Below, in pieces: positions 19,806 through 30,590 of a stretch of DNA of 64,000 bases (position 1 is the first letter of the stretch; each line of letters opens with the position of its first letter). The stretch is from the NCBI GenBank assembly GCA_041390145.1, contig JAWKQM010000006.1:103585-167584 (forward strand), given 5' to 3'. The translations under genes were made by a program, and so were the position numbers. The notes under the pieces were generated by a model that saw only the letters and a program-made list of their open reading frames with translations, was not told the DNA's origin and searched no databases. The DNA comes from Gemmatimonadales bacterium. Lineage in GTDB: Bacteria; Gemmatimonadota; Gemmatimonadetes; Gemmatimonadales; GWC2-71-9.

Positions 19806-20971
19806 GCCGGCGGGCAGTGATCATTGTGCTGGACGGTCTGGGGATCGGACCGGCGCACGACACCGCCACCTATGGCGACACCGGGAGCGACACGCTCGGC
19901 AACACGCTCCGGAGTGTCGGAGGGCTCTCGCTCCCGAATCTCGAAGCATTCGGGCTCGGCTGCTGCGCTCCGCTGCCCGGGATCGCGGAGGTGACCGCAC
20001 CGTCGGCTGCGTACGGAACCTGCCAGCCTGCCGGCGCGGGCAAAGACTCGACGACGGGGCACTGGGAACTCTGTGGATTGACGCTTGAGCGGCCCTTCCC
20101 GACGTATCCAGATGGATTCCCGGACGAGGTCATCGCGGAGTTCTCGCGCCGCACGGGGCGAGGGGTGCTGGGGAACGTGGCGGCATCGGGGACCGCGATC
20201 CTCGATCGGCTGGGTGAGGAGCACCAGCGGACCGGCTCGTGGATCGTCTACACGTCGGCGGACAGCGTCTTCCAGGTGGCGGCGCATGAGCAGGTGGTGC
20301 CGCTGGAGGAGTTGTACAAGGCCTGTGCGGAGGCGCGCGACATCCTGCAGCCCCCGCATGGCGTCTCCCGCGTCATCGCGCGGCCCTTCCTCGGGGCGCC
20401 CGGCGCCTGGACCCGCACCTCCCACCGGAAGGACATCAGCCTGCCGCCGCCGGGCCCCACGCTGCTCGACCGGCTGGCCGAGCGGCATATTCCGAGGCTC
20501 GGCATCGGGAAGGTGGACGATCTCTTCGCGAGCCGGAACATTGCCAGCGTGCACGCGGCCACCAACGCCGAGGGCTACCACCTGATCGGCTCCGCCCTGC
20601 AGACGGCCAGGCGGGGGCTCATCTTCGCGAACATTCTCGAGTTCGACCAGTCGTGGGGCCACCGGAACGACGTACCGGGATTCGCCGGCGGGCTCCGGGA
20701 ACTCGATCGGGCACTGCCGGGACTTCTGGCAGGGGTGCGGGAGGAGGACCTCGTTATCTTTACCGCGGACCACGGGAACGACCCGACCACCCCGTCCACC
20801 GACCATTCGCGTGAACGGGTGCCGCTGCTTGTGTATGGTCCCCGGGTGCGGCCGGTCCCGCTCGGTGAACGGTCGACGTTTGCGGACATCGGGCAGACCG
20901 TCGCCGAGTTCCTCGGCGCCGCGCCGCTCGAGTCGGGGCGCTCGTTCCTCGGGGAGATCTGGAATGCCTGA
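19802..20971 (+). CDS. deoB: phosphopentomutase
   Basis: 389 aa. N-terminus IIVLDGLGIGPAHD..YGDTGSDTLGN. Metal-binding motif TADHGNDPT. Confidence 0.92.
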   Translation: MSRRAVIIVLDGLGIGPAHDTATYGDTGSDTLGNTLRSVGGLSLPNLEAFGLGCCAPLPGIAEVTAPSAAYGTCQPAGAGKDSTTGHWELCGLTLERPFPTYPDGFPDEVIAEFSRRTGRGVLGNVAASGTAILDRLGEEHQRTGSWIVYTSADSVFQVAAHEQVVPLEELYKACAEARDILQPPHGVSRVIARPFLGAPGAWTRTSHRKDISLPPPGPTLLDRLAERHIPRLGIGKVDDLFASRNIASVHAATNAEGYHLIGSALQTARRGLIFANILEFDQSWGHRNDVPGFAGGLRELDRALPGLLAGVREEDLVIFTADHGNDPTTPSTDHSRERVPLLVYGPRVRPVPLGERSTFADIGQTVAEFLGAAPLESGRSFLGEIWNA

Positions 20972-21359
20972 CGATGTGCTGCTCGAGGCGGCTCGTGCCG
21001 TCCAGCTCCATGCCTACGCGCCCTACTCCGGCTTTCGGGTGGGGGCCGCGCTCGAGGGGATGGATGGCCAGGTGTTTGTCGGTTGCAACGTGGAGAGCGC
21101 TTCGTTCGGGCTGACCATCTGCGCGGAGCGGTCGGCGCTGGTCGCCGCCGTCGCGGCGGGTCACAGGGCATTCCGCCGGATCGTCGTGATCAGCGACAGC
21201 GACCCTCCGGCCTCGCCCTGTGGCGCCTGCCGCCAGATGCTGGCCGAGTTCGGGTTGGACCTCCGTGTGGACGCGGTCGGGCCAGGGCGGGCACAGACCT
21301 GGACGCTGGCCGAACTGCTGCCTGACGCATTTACCTCGCACCGTCTTGAGGCACCTTGA
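20964..21359 (+). CDS. cdd: cytidine deaminase
   Basis: ORF 20811..21359 is trimmed to the ATG at 20964. Zinc motifs CAERSA and PCGACRQ; also YAPYSGFRVGAA. Confidence 0.9.
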   Translation: MPDDVLLEAARAVQLHAYAPYSGFRVGAALEGMDGQVFVGCNVESASFGLTICAERSALVAAVAAGHRAFRRIVVISDSDPPASPCGACRQMLAEFGLDLRVDAVGPGRAQTWTLAELLPDAFTSHRLEAP

Positions 21360-22585
21360 TCGACTTTCTTTCCCGGCTCGGCGCAGGGCGCGTGTTCCTC
21401 GGAGCGGTTGGCCTGCTGGTGCTTGGCCTGGCCGGATGCACCGAGGACTTTACCACCCCAGGTTCCTGTCCCCAGACCTGTCCGGGGGGGAACATCGTCA
21501 TCCGCGACACCGTCATCGACGCGGTGTTCGACGGTGACAGCACCTACTCCGGTTACGTTGCCGCGGGTGACGGCACGGGGCTCCTCGTGTCCACCGCCGA
21601 CTCCGCCGATCAGATTCTGACGGCGATGCGTTTCGGTCTGCTGCCCGACTCCGTCAGTATCCTCGACACCCTCTACACCTTCACGATCGACAGTGTCGCG
21701 ATCAGTCTCGGGGTCCTGGCCCGGGATTCCTCCGCGACGGGCCTGGCGCTGCAGGTGTACCGGGCGCCGGCAACCCTCGACAGCGGGGTCACCTATACGG
21801 ACGTGGCCGGGTATCTGACGCCCGGGACGTTCGTGGACAGCCTCCTAATTCCCGATACGCTGCAGAACGGGAACGTGCGGGCGGTGTTTGCCGGAGCCGA
21901 CCTCGCCAAGCTGGAAATCCCGGCGGCCGACAGCGGCGTGCTGGCCCTCGCGGTGTCCCTCACGGCCGACGCCAGCACCGGGGTCGAACTGGGCAACCTC
22001 ACCGCCGGCACCTTCATCCCGACGGTCACCTGGTACATCAGCGTGCCGGAAGTCGACTCCGCGAACCAGCCGGCGGCCATTCGCCGGGTGCCCAACTTTG
22101 CCACTTTCGTCCAGCAGAACCCGCCTGTGCCCACGGCGAATCAGCTGCTCGTCGGCGGCGCACCATCGTCACGGTTCATCGTCCGGTTCAACGTTCCCGA
22201 CAGCATCCTGATCGGCGTGCAGATTCTTCGGGCGGAGCTGCTGCTCACGCCCGTCCAGCCGATCCAGGGCGTGCGGGACATCGGTACGACGCTCACGGCC
22301 CGCGGTGTGCTCAGTGACCAGGGGGCCAAGTCGCCCTTGGTCCCGTTGCTCGCTGCCGTGACACCGGTGACGGTCGGCTCGGCGGACTCGGTGGTCATGG
22401 AAGTGGTGGACATCGTGCGCACCTGGCAGGTGATCAACAATCCGCCCGCGCAGGCGTTCTTCATCTCGCTGCAGCCGGAAGCGTCCTCCTTCACGGTGCC
22501 GATCTTCGCGTCGACCCGCAGTGGCTCGGGCGTCCCGCGTCTTCGCGTCACCTACGTGGCCCCGCTCGACTTTGAGGAGCCCTGA
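21356..22585 (+). CDS. hypothetical lipoprotein
   Basis: TTG start overlaps the cdd stop. Signal peptide ends in the lipobox LAGC. 409 aa, Thr/Val/Ser-rich and beta-rich. No catalytic motif recognised. Confidence 0.55.
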   Translation: MIDFLSRLGAGRVFLGAVGLLVLGLAGCTEDFTTPGSCPQTCPGGNIVIRDTVIDAVFDGDSTYSGYVAAGDGTGLLVSTADSADQILTAMRFGLLPDSVSILDTLYTFTIDSVAISLGVLARDSSATGLALQVYRAPATLDSGVTYTDVAGYLTPGTFVDSLLIPDTLQNGNVRAVFAGADLAKLEIPAADSGVLALAVSLTADASTGVELGNLTAGTFIPTVTWYISVPEVDSANQPAAIRRVPNFATFVQQNPPVPTANQLLVGGAPSSRFIVRFNVPDSILIGVQILRAELLLTPVQPIQGVRDIGTTLTARGVLSDQGAKSPLVPLLAAVTPVTVGSADSVVMEVVDIVRTWQVINNPPAQAFFISLQPEASSFTVPIFASTRSGSGVPRLRVTYVAPLDFEEP

Positions 22586-23728
22586 GTGCGACGCTTCCTG
22601 ACGGTCCTGGCACTCGTGTGCGGCGTCCAGGGCACCGCAGCCGCGCAGTCGTCGATCTTCGACACGCGTGCCCTTGGCATCCCCCAGCCGCCCCTCTCGG
22701 CGCGCGCGGTCGGCATGGCCGGCAGCATGAGCCTGCTCGATGGCATGTCCGCCACCAACCCGGCCGCGATCACCTCCATCGTCGGGCTCACCATCGGCTT
22801 CAACGTCTTCCAGGACTGGAGAAGCAGCACGAGTCCCGGGGGGACGGGGTCCGGCTCGGATGCCGGCATGCCGAACATCATCGTCATCAACCGGATCAAG
22901 GAGTCGCCGTTCTACGTCTCCGGGAGCTTCGGGTCCTATACCGACCGCGATTTCGGGTTCGTGACCACCGACTCCACGCCGGTCAACGGGCAGCCGGTCG
23001 GCTATCGCGATTCGCTGGAGTCGCGCGGCGGCACCTCAGATTTCCGGCTGGCCGTCGGGTACCGGGACGGCAAGAAGCTGGCGCTCGGATTCGGCCTGCA
23101 CTTCCTCACCGGTTCGAACCGTTTCTTCCTGAGCCGCGTCTTTGACGACTCGCTCTTTGCGCCGGTGCGCCAGCGGTCCGAACTCGCCTACAACGCCGTC
23201 GGTCTGAGCGTCGGCGCGGTGTACCACCCGATCGAGCCGCTCCTGGTCACCGCCCTCGTGCGTCACGACGGGTCGATGAACGTGGACCGCGATTCGCTCC
23301 AGGCGTATACCTTCGCCCTCCCCTGGACCATCGGTGGCGGGGCGCAGTACCAGCTGAAGCGGCGCGGGACCATCAGCGCCGAGGTGACCTACACGACATG
23401 GGCGGACGCCAACGCCGAGTTGCTTGCCAATGGGGGGGCCGGGGCGGAAAACACCCTCAACGCTGCGCTGGGCGCGGAGCTCTACACCTCGCCGCTGAAC
23501 CCCGGCAAGTTTCCGCTTCGGCTCGGTGTGCGCAGCCGGCAACTCCCGTTCCCGCTGACGCCAGGGATACAGCCCTCCGAGTTCAGCGTGTCCGCCGGGA
23601 CCGGCGGGCGGTTCGCCAAGGGGCACGCCGCCGCCGATGTCGCCCTCCAGCGCCTCTGGCGGAAGGACGACAACGGTTTCTCCGAGGATGCGTGGGTCCT
23701 TTCCTTCGGCCTGACGCTGAAGCCCTGA
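22586..23728 (+). CDS. putative outer-membrane beta-barrel protein (FadL/PorV-like N-terminal signature)
   Basis: Signal peptide ends in AAAQ. The motif GMAGS..LDGMSATNPAAI resembles the OMPP1/FadL/PorV N-terminal pattern. Alternating beta-strand pattern throughout. It starts on the base after the lipoprotein stop. Confidence 0.5.
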   Translation: MRRFLTVLALVCGVQGTAAAQSSIFDTRALGIPQPPLSARAVGMAGSMSLLDGMSATNPAAITSIVGLTIGFNVFQDWRSSTSPGGTGSGSDAGMPNIIVINRIKESPFYVSGSFGSYTDRDFGFVTTDSTPVNGQPVGYRDSLESRGGTSDFRLAVGYRDGKKLALGFGLHFLTGSNRFFLSRVFDDSLFAPVRQRSELAYNAVGLSVGAVYHPIEPLLVTALVRHDGSMNVDRDSLQAYTFALPWTIGGGAQYQLKRRGTISAEVTYTTWADANAELLANGGAGAENTLNAALGAELYTSPLNPGKFPLRLGVRSRQLPFPLTPGIQPSEFSVSAGTGGRFAKGHAAADVALQRLWRKDDNGFSEDAWVLSFGLTLKP

Positions 23729-23729
23729 G

Positions 23730-25058
23730 ATGAGCCCCGAACCCGCACCGCGCCGCGTGTACGTCGAGACGTACGGCTGCCAGATGAACGTGGCGGACTC
23801 GTCGCTCATTCTTGGCGCGCTGGGGCGTGAGGGCTTCGTCGCCACCGACAACCCGGATGGCGCCGATGTGCTCCTGGTCAATACCTGCGCCGTCCGCGAC
23901 AACGCGGAACAGCGCGTCCTCGGCCGGGTGGGGGAGCTGCAGCGGTATACCCGCCCGGGCACCGTCCTCGGGGTCGTCGGGTGCATGGCTCAGCGTCTTG
24001 GCCCCGAGCTGCTCGCGCAGGTTCCCCGGGTCGACCTCGTGGCGGGACCGGACGCCTATCGCCATCTGCCTGACCTGATTCGTCAGGCGCTGGCAGGCGA
24101 ACGGGTGTCCGACACCGAGTTCCGGTCGTGGGAGCACTACGAGGATGTCCCGCAGGCGCGGGAGTCCGGCCCGATGGCGTTCGTGACCGTCCAGCGGGGC
24201 TGCGATTACAAGTGCACCTTCTGCATCGTTCCGTACACGCGTGGCACCGAGCGAAGCCGCACGTTGGATGAAGTCGTCGGAGAGGTGCAGCGACTGGTCG
24301 CCACCGGCACCACCGAGGTGACCCTCCTCGGCCAGACCGTCAACAGCTACCACGACGGCACGCACGACTTCGGGGACCTGCTGCGCGCCGTCGGCGCCGT
24401 GGACGGCTTGCGGCGGCTGCGCTTCACGAGCCCCTATCCGACCGACTTCACGCCCCGGGTCATCGAGGCCATGGTGGAGACGCCCGCGGTCTGCGAGCAC
24501 GTCCACCTCCCGGCCCAGAGCGGCTCGGATGCCGTGCTGCGGCGCATGCTGCGCCGATACACCCGCGCGCGGTTCCTCGAGGTCGTGGCGGAATTGCGCG
24601 CCGCGATGCCCGGGCTCACCATCTCGACGGACCTCATCGTCGGATTTCCGGGCGAAACCGAGGCCGACCTCAGCGACACCATGTCGCTGGTGGATGCGGC
24701 CGGGTTCGACGAGGCGTATACTTTCCTGTATTCGCCTCGTGACGGCACACCGGCGGTGCGCATTCCCGGCCATGTGCCCGAGGCAATCGGGTCGGAGCGG
24801 TTGCAGCGGCTCATCGCGCACGTCCGGGGCGGGACCCGTCAGCGGAATGCCGCGCGGGTGGGCGGAGTCCACGAGGTGCTCGTCGAGCGGCCGGCGCGGC
24901 GTGGCGGGCAGATGCTGGGACGGACACGCTCCAACCTGCTGGTGGTGCTTGACCTCCCGGCCGACAGTATTGGCGAGTATCACACGGTGCGGCTCACTGG
25001 CACCACAGGATCCACGTTCACGGGCGCCGTGGTCGCCCCCCAACTGGCGGTCCTATGA
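23730..25058 (+). CDS. miaB: tRNA-2-methylthio-N6-dimethylallyladenosine synthase
   Basis: 442 aa. N-terminus VYVETYGCQMN. Radical-SAM motif GCDYKCTFCIVP. C-terminal TRAM domain. Confidence 0.93.
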   Translation: MSPEPAPRRVYVETYGCQMNVADSSLILGALGREGFVATDNPDGADVLLVNTCAVRDNAEQRVLGRVGELQRYTRPGTVLGVVGCMAQRLGPELLAQVPRVDLVAGPDAYRHLPDLIRQALAGERVSDTEFRSWEHYEDVPQARESGPMAFVTVQRGCDYKCTFCIVPYTRGTERSRTLDEVVGEVQRLVATGTTEVTLLGQTVNSYHDGTHDFGDLLRAVGAVDGLRRLRFTSPYPTDFTPRVIEAMVETPAVCEHVHLPAQSGSDAVLRRMLRRYTRARFLEVVAELRAAMPGLTISTDLIVGFPGETEADLSDTMSLVDAAGFDEAYTFLYSPRDGTPAVRIPGHVPEAIGSERLQRLIAHVRGGTRQRNAARVGGVHEVLVERPARRGGQMLGRTRSNLLVVLDLPADSIGEYHTVRLTGTTGSTFTGAVVAPQLAVL

Positions 25059-25339
25059 TTCACAACCTGGTGGAAGAGCACGTGGTCGCCGCCTATGAGG
25101 CGCTGAAGGGGCATTTCCCCGACTTTTGCGGTTGCGAAATCTGCCGGAGCGATGTGCTGGTCTACGCGCTCAATCGCCTCCCCGCGCGGTACGTGGCGAG
25201 TGTCGAGGGCAAGGTGGTCACGGAGCTGAATCTCGACAAGGACCAGACCAGGGTCACGATCGAGATCCATGTCATGGAAGGCTTTCGCAAGGTCACCCGG
25301 ACGCCCCGGTGCGGCAGGGTGGCACCTCCCCCCACATGA
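25055..25339 (+). CDS. comFB: ComFB-family (late competence development protein ComFB-like) small protein
   Basis: 94 aa. NLVEEHV...FCGCEICRSDVLVYALNRLPARYV matches my recollection of the ComFB fold signature. ATGA overlap with miaB. Confidence 0.7.
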   Translation: MIHNLVEEHVVAAYEALKGHFPDFCGCEICRSDVLVYALNRLPARYVASVEGKVVTELNLDKDQTRVTIEIHVMEGFRKVTRTPRCGRVAPPPT

Positions 25340-25352
25340 TTTCACCGGGCCC

Positions 25353-27611
25353 ATGAGGCCCCCGCTGTCTGCTTCCATCGCAATTGCCTACGGGGCCGGT
25401 CTCGCGACCGGCCTCGCGCATTTTCCGGCCCCAGTTGTCGTTCTCCTCCTCCTGATTCCGATGCTGGTCTCCCTCCCCGGCTGGCCACGGCGGGTGAGCG
25501 TCGCCGGCATCCTCCTCGGCCTTGCCGCCGGTTCGTTCGCCAGAGGAGCGGACCAGGCCAGTTGTGCGGCGATCCTCCCGGCGGGTCGACTCGCGCTCAC
25601 CTTGCGCACCGAGGAGCCGGTCGATTCGGGAGGCGGACGAACGCGGGCCTCCCTGCCGGCGGCCGGATGCCAGGGGAGTATTGCCGTGGCCTGGCCGCGG
25701 ACCCTTGAGGCGCCGGCCGGCACGGAATTGGACGCCGTGGGACAATGGCGGCCAAGGCAGGCACGATTCGGCCGCCCGGGCGGGATTCTGCTTGTCGCGG
25801 AGGTAAGCCATGCGGTGACCAGGGCCACCCTGGGCGACCGGATCAGGACGCGCATTCACCTGTCGGCCCGGCGCCTCTACGGCCGGCGGGCACCGCTGAT
25901 TGACGCACTCGTCCTGGGGCGGAGGACCGATCTCGATCGAGACCTGCTCGAGAACTTCGCCGGCGCAGGGTTGATGCATCTCCTGGCCATCAGCGGCTTC
26001 CACCTCGGCCTGCTCGCCGGGTGGGTCTTCATCCTGCTGCGGCTCCTCGGGCTCCGGCGGGAATCCGCCGGCTTCGGGGCCGCCCTGTTTGCCGTCGCCT
26101 ACACCCTGTTTCTCGGGTGGCCCGCCCCCGCCGCGCGCGCCGCCACCCTCGCCGTGCTGCTCGCGCTCGAACGAAGCCGGCAGCGGATGCCGCGGGGAGG
26201 GGCATTGCTGGGCGCGACAGCGCTCCTCGTGCTGATCGTTGATCCGTGGGCGGTCCTGGCGGTGGGTGGTTGGCTCTCCATCGCCGCGCTCTGGGGGGCC
26301 GTGACCTTTGCCGGGTGGGCCGGGAAGCGGCTGAACAGCGGGGCACTGGTCCGGACCCTCGCCACCTCGATCGGGGCGACCTTCGCCACCGCGCCGATCA
26401 CGGCCGCGGCCCTCGGAACAGTGGCGTTGGTCGGCATCGGGCTGAACCTCGTCGCGATTCCGCTGGCGGCACTCGTCGTCCCTGCCGTGGTGGCAAGCCT
26501 GGTCTTCGGGTCGGTGCTGCCCGCGATTGCTGCCCCGCTCGCCGCCGGGGCCGGCGTCGGACTCGGGCTGCTGCAGGAAGTGGCGCGCTGGGGCAGCGCG
26601 CTTCCCGGCGGGCACCTGATCATGCCCGCCACTCCAGGGGCGGCGATCCCCTGGCTCGGCGCGCTCCTCGCACTCCTCTGGTCAATCCGTCGGACCACCC
26701 GGACGGAGGCACTCCGGCGGCTGGGGTGGATGTCGGTGGTGGGGGTCTGGGGCTGGATTGCCCTTGCGGGGCTCTCCGATCTTCGGATTCGACCTGACGA
26801 GGGGTCGGAACTGGCGTTACATTTTCTCGATGTCGGGCAGGGGGATGCCGCGGCCATCCGGACCCCCGGCGGGCACTGGATCCTGGTCGATGGCGGTCCG
26901 ATCGGGCGTTCCTCCGATGCCGGCCGGAGCGTGGTGCTGCCGTTTCTGAGGCGGCATGGTGTTCGTCGGCTGGATGCGATGGTCCTCTCCCACGCCCACG
27001 CCGACCACCTCGGCGGCTTCCCGTCGATCCTCGACCGGATGACGGTCTCGGAGGTCATCGACCCGGCGGTGGCAAGCGCGGAGCCGCTCTACGCCGGGTT
27101 CCTCGCGCAAGTTGATGAAGTCGACGCGCCGTGGATGCGGGCGCGACGCGGAGACGGCTTCGTGCTCGACAGTGTGCGATTCCTGGTCCTGCACCCGGAT
27201 ACCGCCTGGGACGGGTGGGGGCAGGACCTCAACGAGAATTCGATCGTCCTCCTGGTCGAATATCGTGGGTTTCGGGCGGTACTGGCGGGCGACGCCGGCC
27301 TCCCGGCGGAGGCGGCACTCGCAGGCCGGGTCGGCCGGGCCGACCTGCTGAAGGTCGGGCACCACGGAAGCCGAGGGGCCACGGGGGCCAGCTGGCTGGC
27401 GGAATTGCAGCCGACGACGGCGGTGATCAGCGTCGGCGACGGCAACCGGTATGGCCATCCGGCGCCGGAGGCGATGGCCCGCCTGACCGCGGCGGCGGTC
27501 GAGATCTTTCGCACCGATCGGGACGGTACCATCGAGGTTCGGACGGACGGCCGGGCCATGACCATCCATTCCCGCAGGGGAGTGGTCACGCACACAGTGA
27601 GTGAGCCATGA
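25353..27611 (+). CDS. comEC: DNA internalization-related competence protein ComEC/Rec2 (with metallo-beta-lactamase domain)
   Basis: Polytopic competence domain ([14 protein letters not shown]) plus a C-terminal MBL domain ([18 protein letters not shown]). Start chosen at the ATG at 25353; an alternative ATG at 25269 would overlap comFB by 71 nt. Confidence 0.88.
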   Translation: MRPPLSASIAIAYGAGLATGLAHFPAPVVVLLLLIPMLVSLPGWPRRVSVAGILLGLAAGSFARGADQASCAAILPAGRLALTLRTEEPVDSGGGRTRASLPAAGCQGSIAVAWPRTLEAPAGTELDAVGQWRPRQARFGRPGGILLVAEVSHAVTRATLGDRIRTRIHLSARRLYGRRAPLIDALVLGRRTDLDRDLLENFAGAGLMHLLAISGFHLGLLAGWVFILLRLLGLRRESAGFGAALFAVAYTLFLGWPAPAARAATLAVLLALERSRQRMPRGGALLGATALLVLIVDPWAVLAVGGWLSIAALWGAVTFAGWAGKRLNSGALVRTLATSIGATFATAPITAAALGTVALVGIGLNLVAIPLAALVVPAVVASLVFGSVLPAIAAPLAAGAGVGLGLLQEVARWGSALPGGHLIMPATPGAAIPWLGALLALLWSIRRTTRTEALRRLGWMSVVGVWGWIALAGLSDLRIRPDEGSELALHFLDVGQGDAAAIRTPGGHWILVDGGPIGRSSDAGRSVVLPFLRRHGVRRLDAMVLSHAHADHLGGFPSILDRMTVSEVIDPAVASAEPLYAGFLAQVDEVDAPWMRARRGDGFVLDSVRFLVLHPDTAWDGWGQDLNENSIVLLVEYRGFRAVLAGDAGLPAEAALAGRVGRADLLKVGHHGSRGATGASWLAELQPTTAVISVGDGNRYGHPAPEAMARLTAAAVEIFRTDRDGTIEVRTDGRAMTIHSRRGVVTHTVSEP

Positions 27612-28626
27612 TCGGAACCACGGCGGTCACGACCATCGAACGCTTCATCATCGACCAGGAACACAAGTATCCCGAGGCCACCGGGGAACTGTCGAACCTG
27701 CTCTATGACATCGCGCTGGGTGCCAAGCTCATCGCCGCCGCCACGCGGCGGGCCGGGCTGGTGAACGTGCTCGGGGCAATGGGAAGCGTCAACGTGCAGG
27801 GCGAGGAGCAGCAGAAGCTCGACGTCTTCGCCAACGAGATCCTGAAGAACGCGCTGAACCATACCGGCCGGGTCTGCGTCATGGCCTCGGAAGAGGACGA
27901 CGGGCCGATTCCCATTCCCCCCGAATATCCGGCCGGCAAGTACGTCGTGCTGTTCGACCCGCTGGACGGGTCCTCCAACATCGACTCGAACGCCTCCGTC
28001 GGGACCATCTTCAGCGTCTACCGCCGCGTCTCGATGGAGGGGCGCGGGACGATGGCCGACGTCCTCCAGCCGGGTCACAAGCAGGTGGCCGCCGGGTACG
28101 TGCTGTACGGCTCCAGCACGATGCTGGTGTACACGACGGGCCAGGGCGTGCACGGCTTCACGCTCGACCCCACCATCGGCGAGTTCCTCCTCTCGCATCC
28201 CGACATCAAGACGCCCGAGGTCGGGAAGTACTACAGCGTGAACGAATCGAACTACGCGCGCTGGAACCGCGGGAGCCAGATGTCGGTGCGGGGCTTTCAC
28301 GGTGACACGCCGGAGCGGATGAAGGGGAAGAACAGTCGGTACATCGGCGCCTTCGTGGCGGACTTCCATCGCAACCTGATCAACGGGGGGATCTTCCTCT
28401 ATCCGGCCGACACCAAGAACCCCAACGGAAAGCTGCGCCTGCTGTACGAGTGCAGCCCGATGGCGTTCCTGGTGGAGCAGGCGGGGGGGGCGGCCACCGA
28501 CGGTGTGCGTCGCATCCTCGACCTGCAACCGGAGTCATTGCACCAGCGGGTGCCGCTCGCGATCGGGTCGAAGGCGGACGTCGAGTTCGTGACGCGCACG
28601 ATGCTGGAATTCGGGACCGACGCTCC

Positions 28627-28630
<4 letters not shown>
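27608..28630 (+). CDS. fbp: fructose-1,6-bisphosphatase class 1
   Basis: 340 aa. Motifs: [32 protein letters not shown]. Confidence 0.95.
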
Positions 28631-30180
<1,550 letters not shown>

Positions 30181-30251
30181 CGCTTCCTTGAACCCCGCTT
30201 CCTGAGAGGCTAAGTTTATCGGCTGGCTTTACTTAGACCGGATGGAGCGGC

Positions 30252-30590
30252 ATGCCGACGTACGATTATCAGTGCTCCTCAGGGCACAATTTCGAAAAGA
30301 TCCACAAGATGTCCGAGTCGCCACGGGTCAAGTGCCCGATCTGCGGCAAGCCGGCAGCTCGCCAGATTTCCGGCGGGGCCGGCCTGGTCTTCAAGGGCAG
30401 CGGGTTCTACATCACCGACTACGGCAAGGACGGGAAGGGCGCCCGGAAGGCGGACACCGGAGAGGGGGCGGGGTCTTCGCCGGCCAAGCCGGATGCCGCG
30501 GCACCTGCAACGCCCGCCAAGCCCGAATCGAAATCGGGCAAGGATGCGGGTTCGAAGTCGGGCAGCGGCTCGAAGAAGGCGGCCGAGTGA
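30252..30590 (+). CDS. FmdB-family zinc-ribbon protein with Lys/Ser/Gly/Ala-rich tail
   Basis: N-terminus MPTYDYQC..GH.FE.......CP.CG is the CxxC_CxxC_SSSS pattern. SD GGAG lies upstream. The stop overlaps the argS GTG. Confidence 0.8.
   Translation: MPTYDYQCSSGHNFEKIHKMSESPRVKCPICGKPAARQISGGAGLVFKGSGFYITDYGKDGKGARKADTGEGAGSSPAKPDAAAPATPAKPESKSGKDAGSKSGSGSKKAAE

Noticed and set aside
30181-30251. Candidate sigma70 promoter (TTGAAC-17 nt-TAAGTT) upstream of the FmdB gene.
   Set aside because: The -10 match is only 3/6 and I have no knowledge of promoter consensus in this lineage. It is mentioned only as context for the 71-nt gap.
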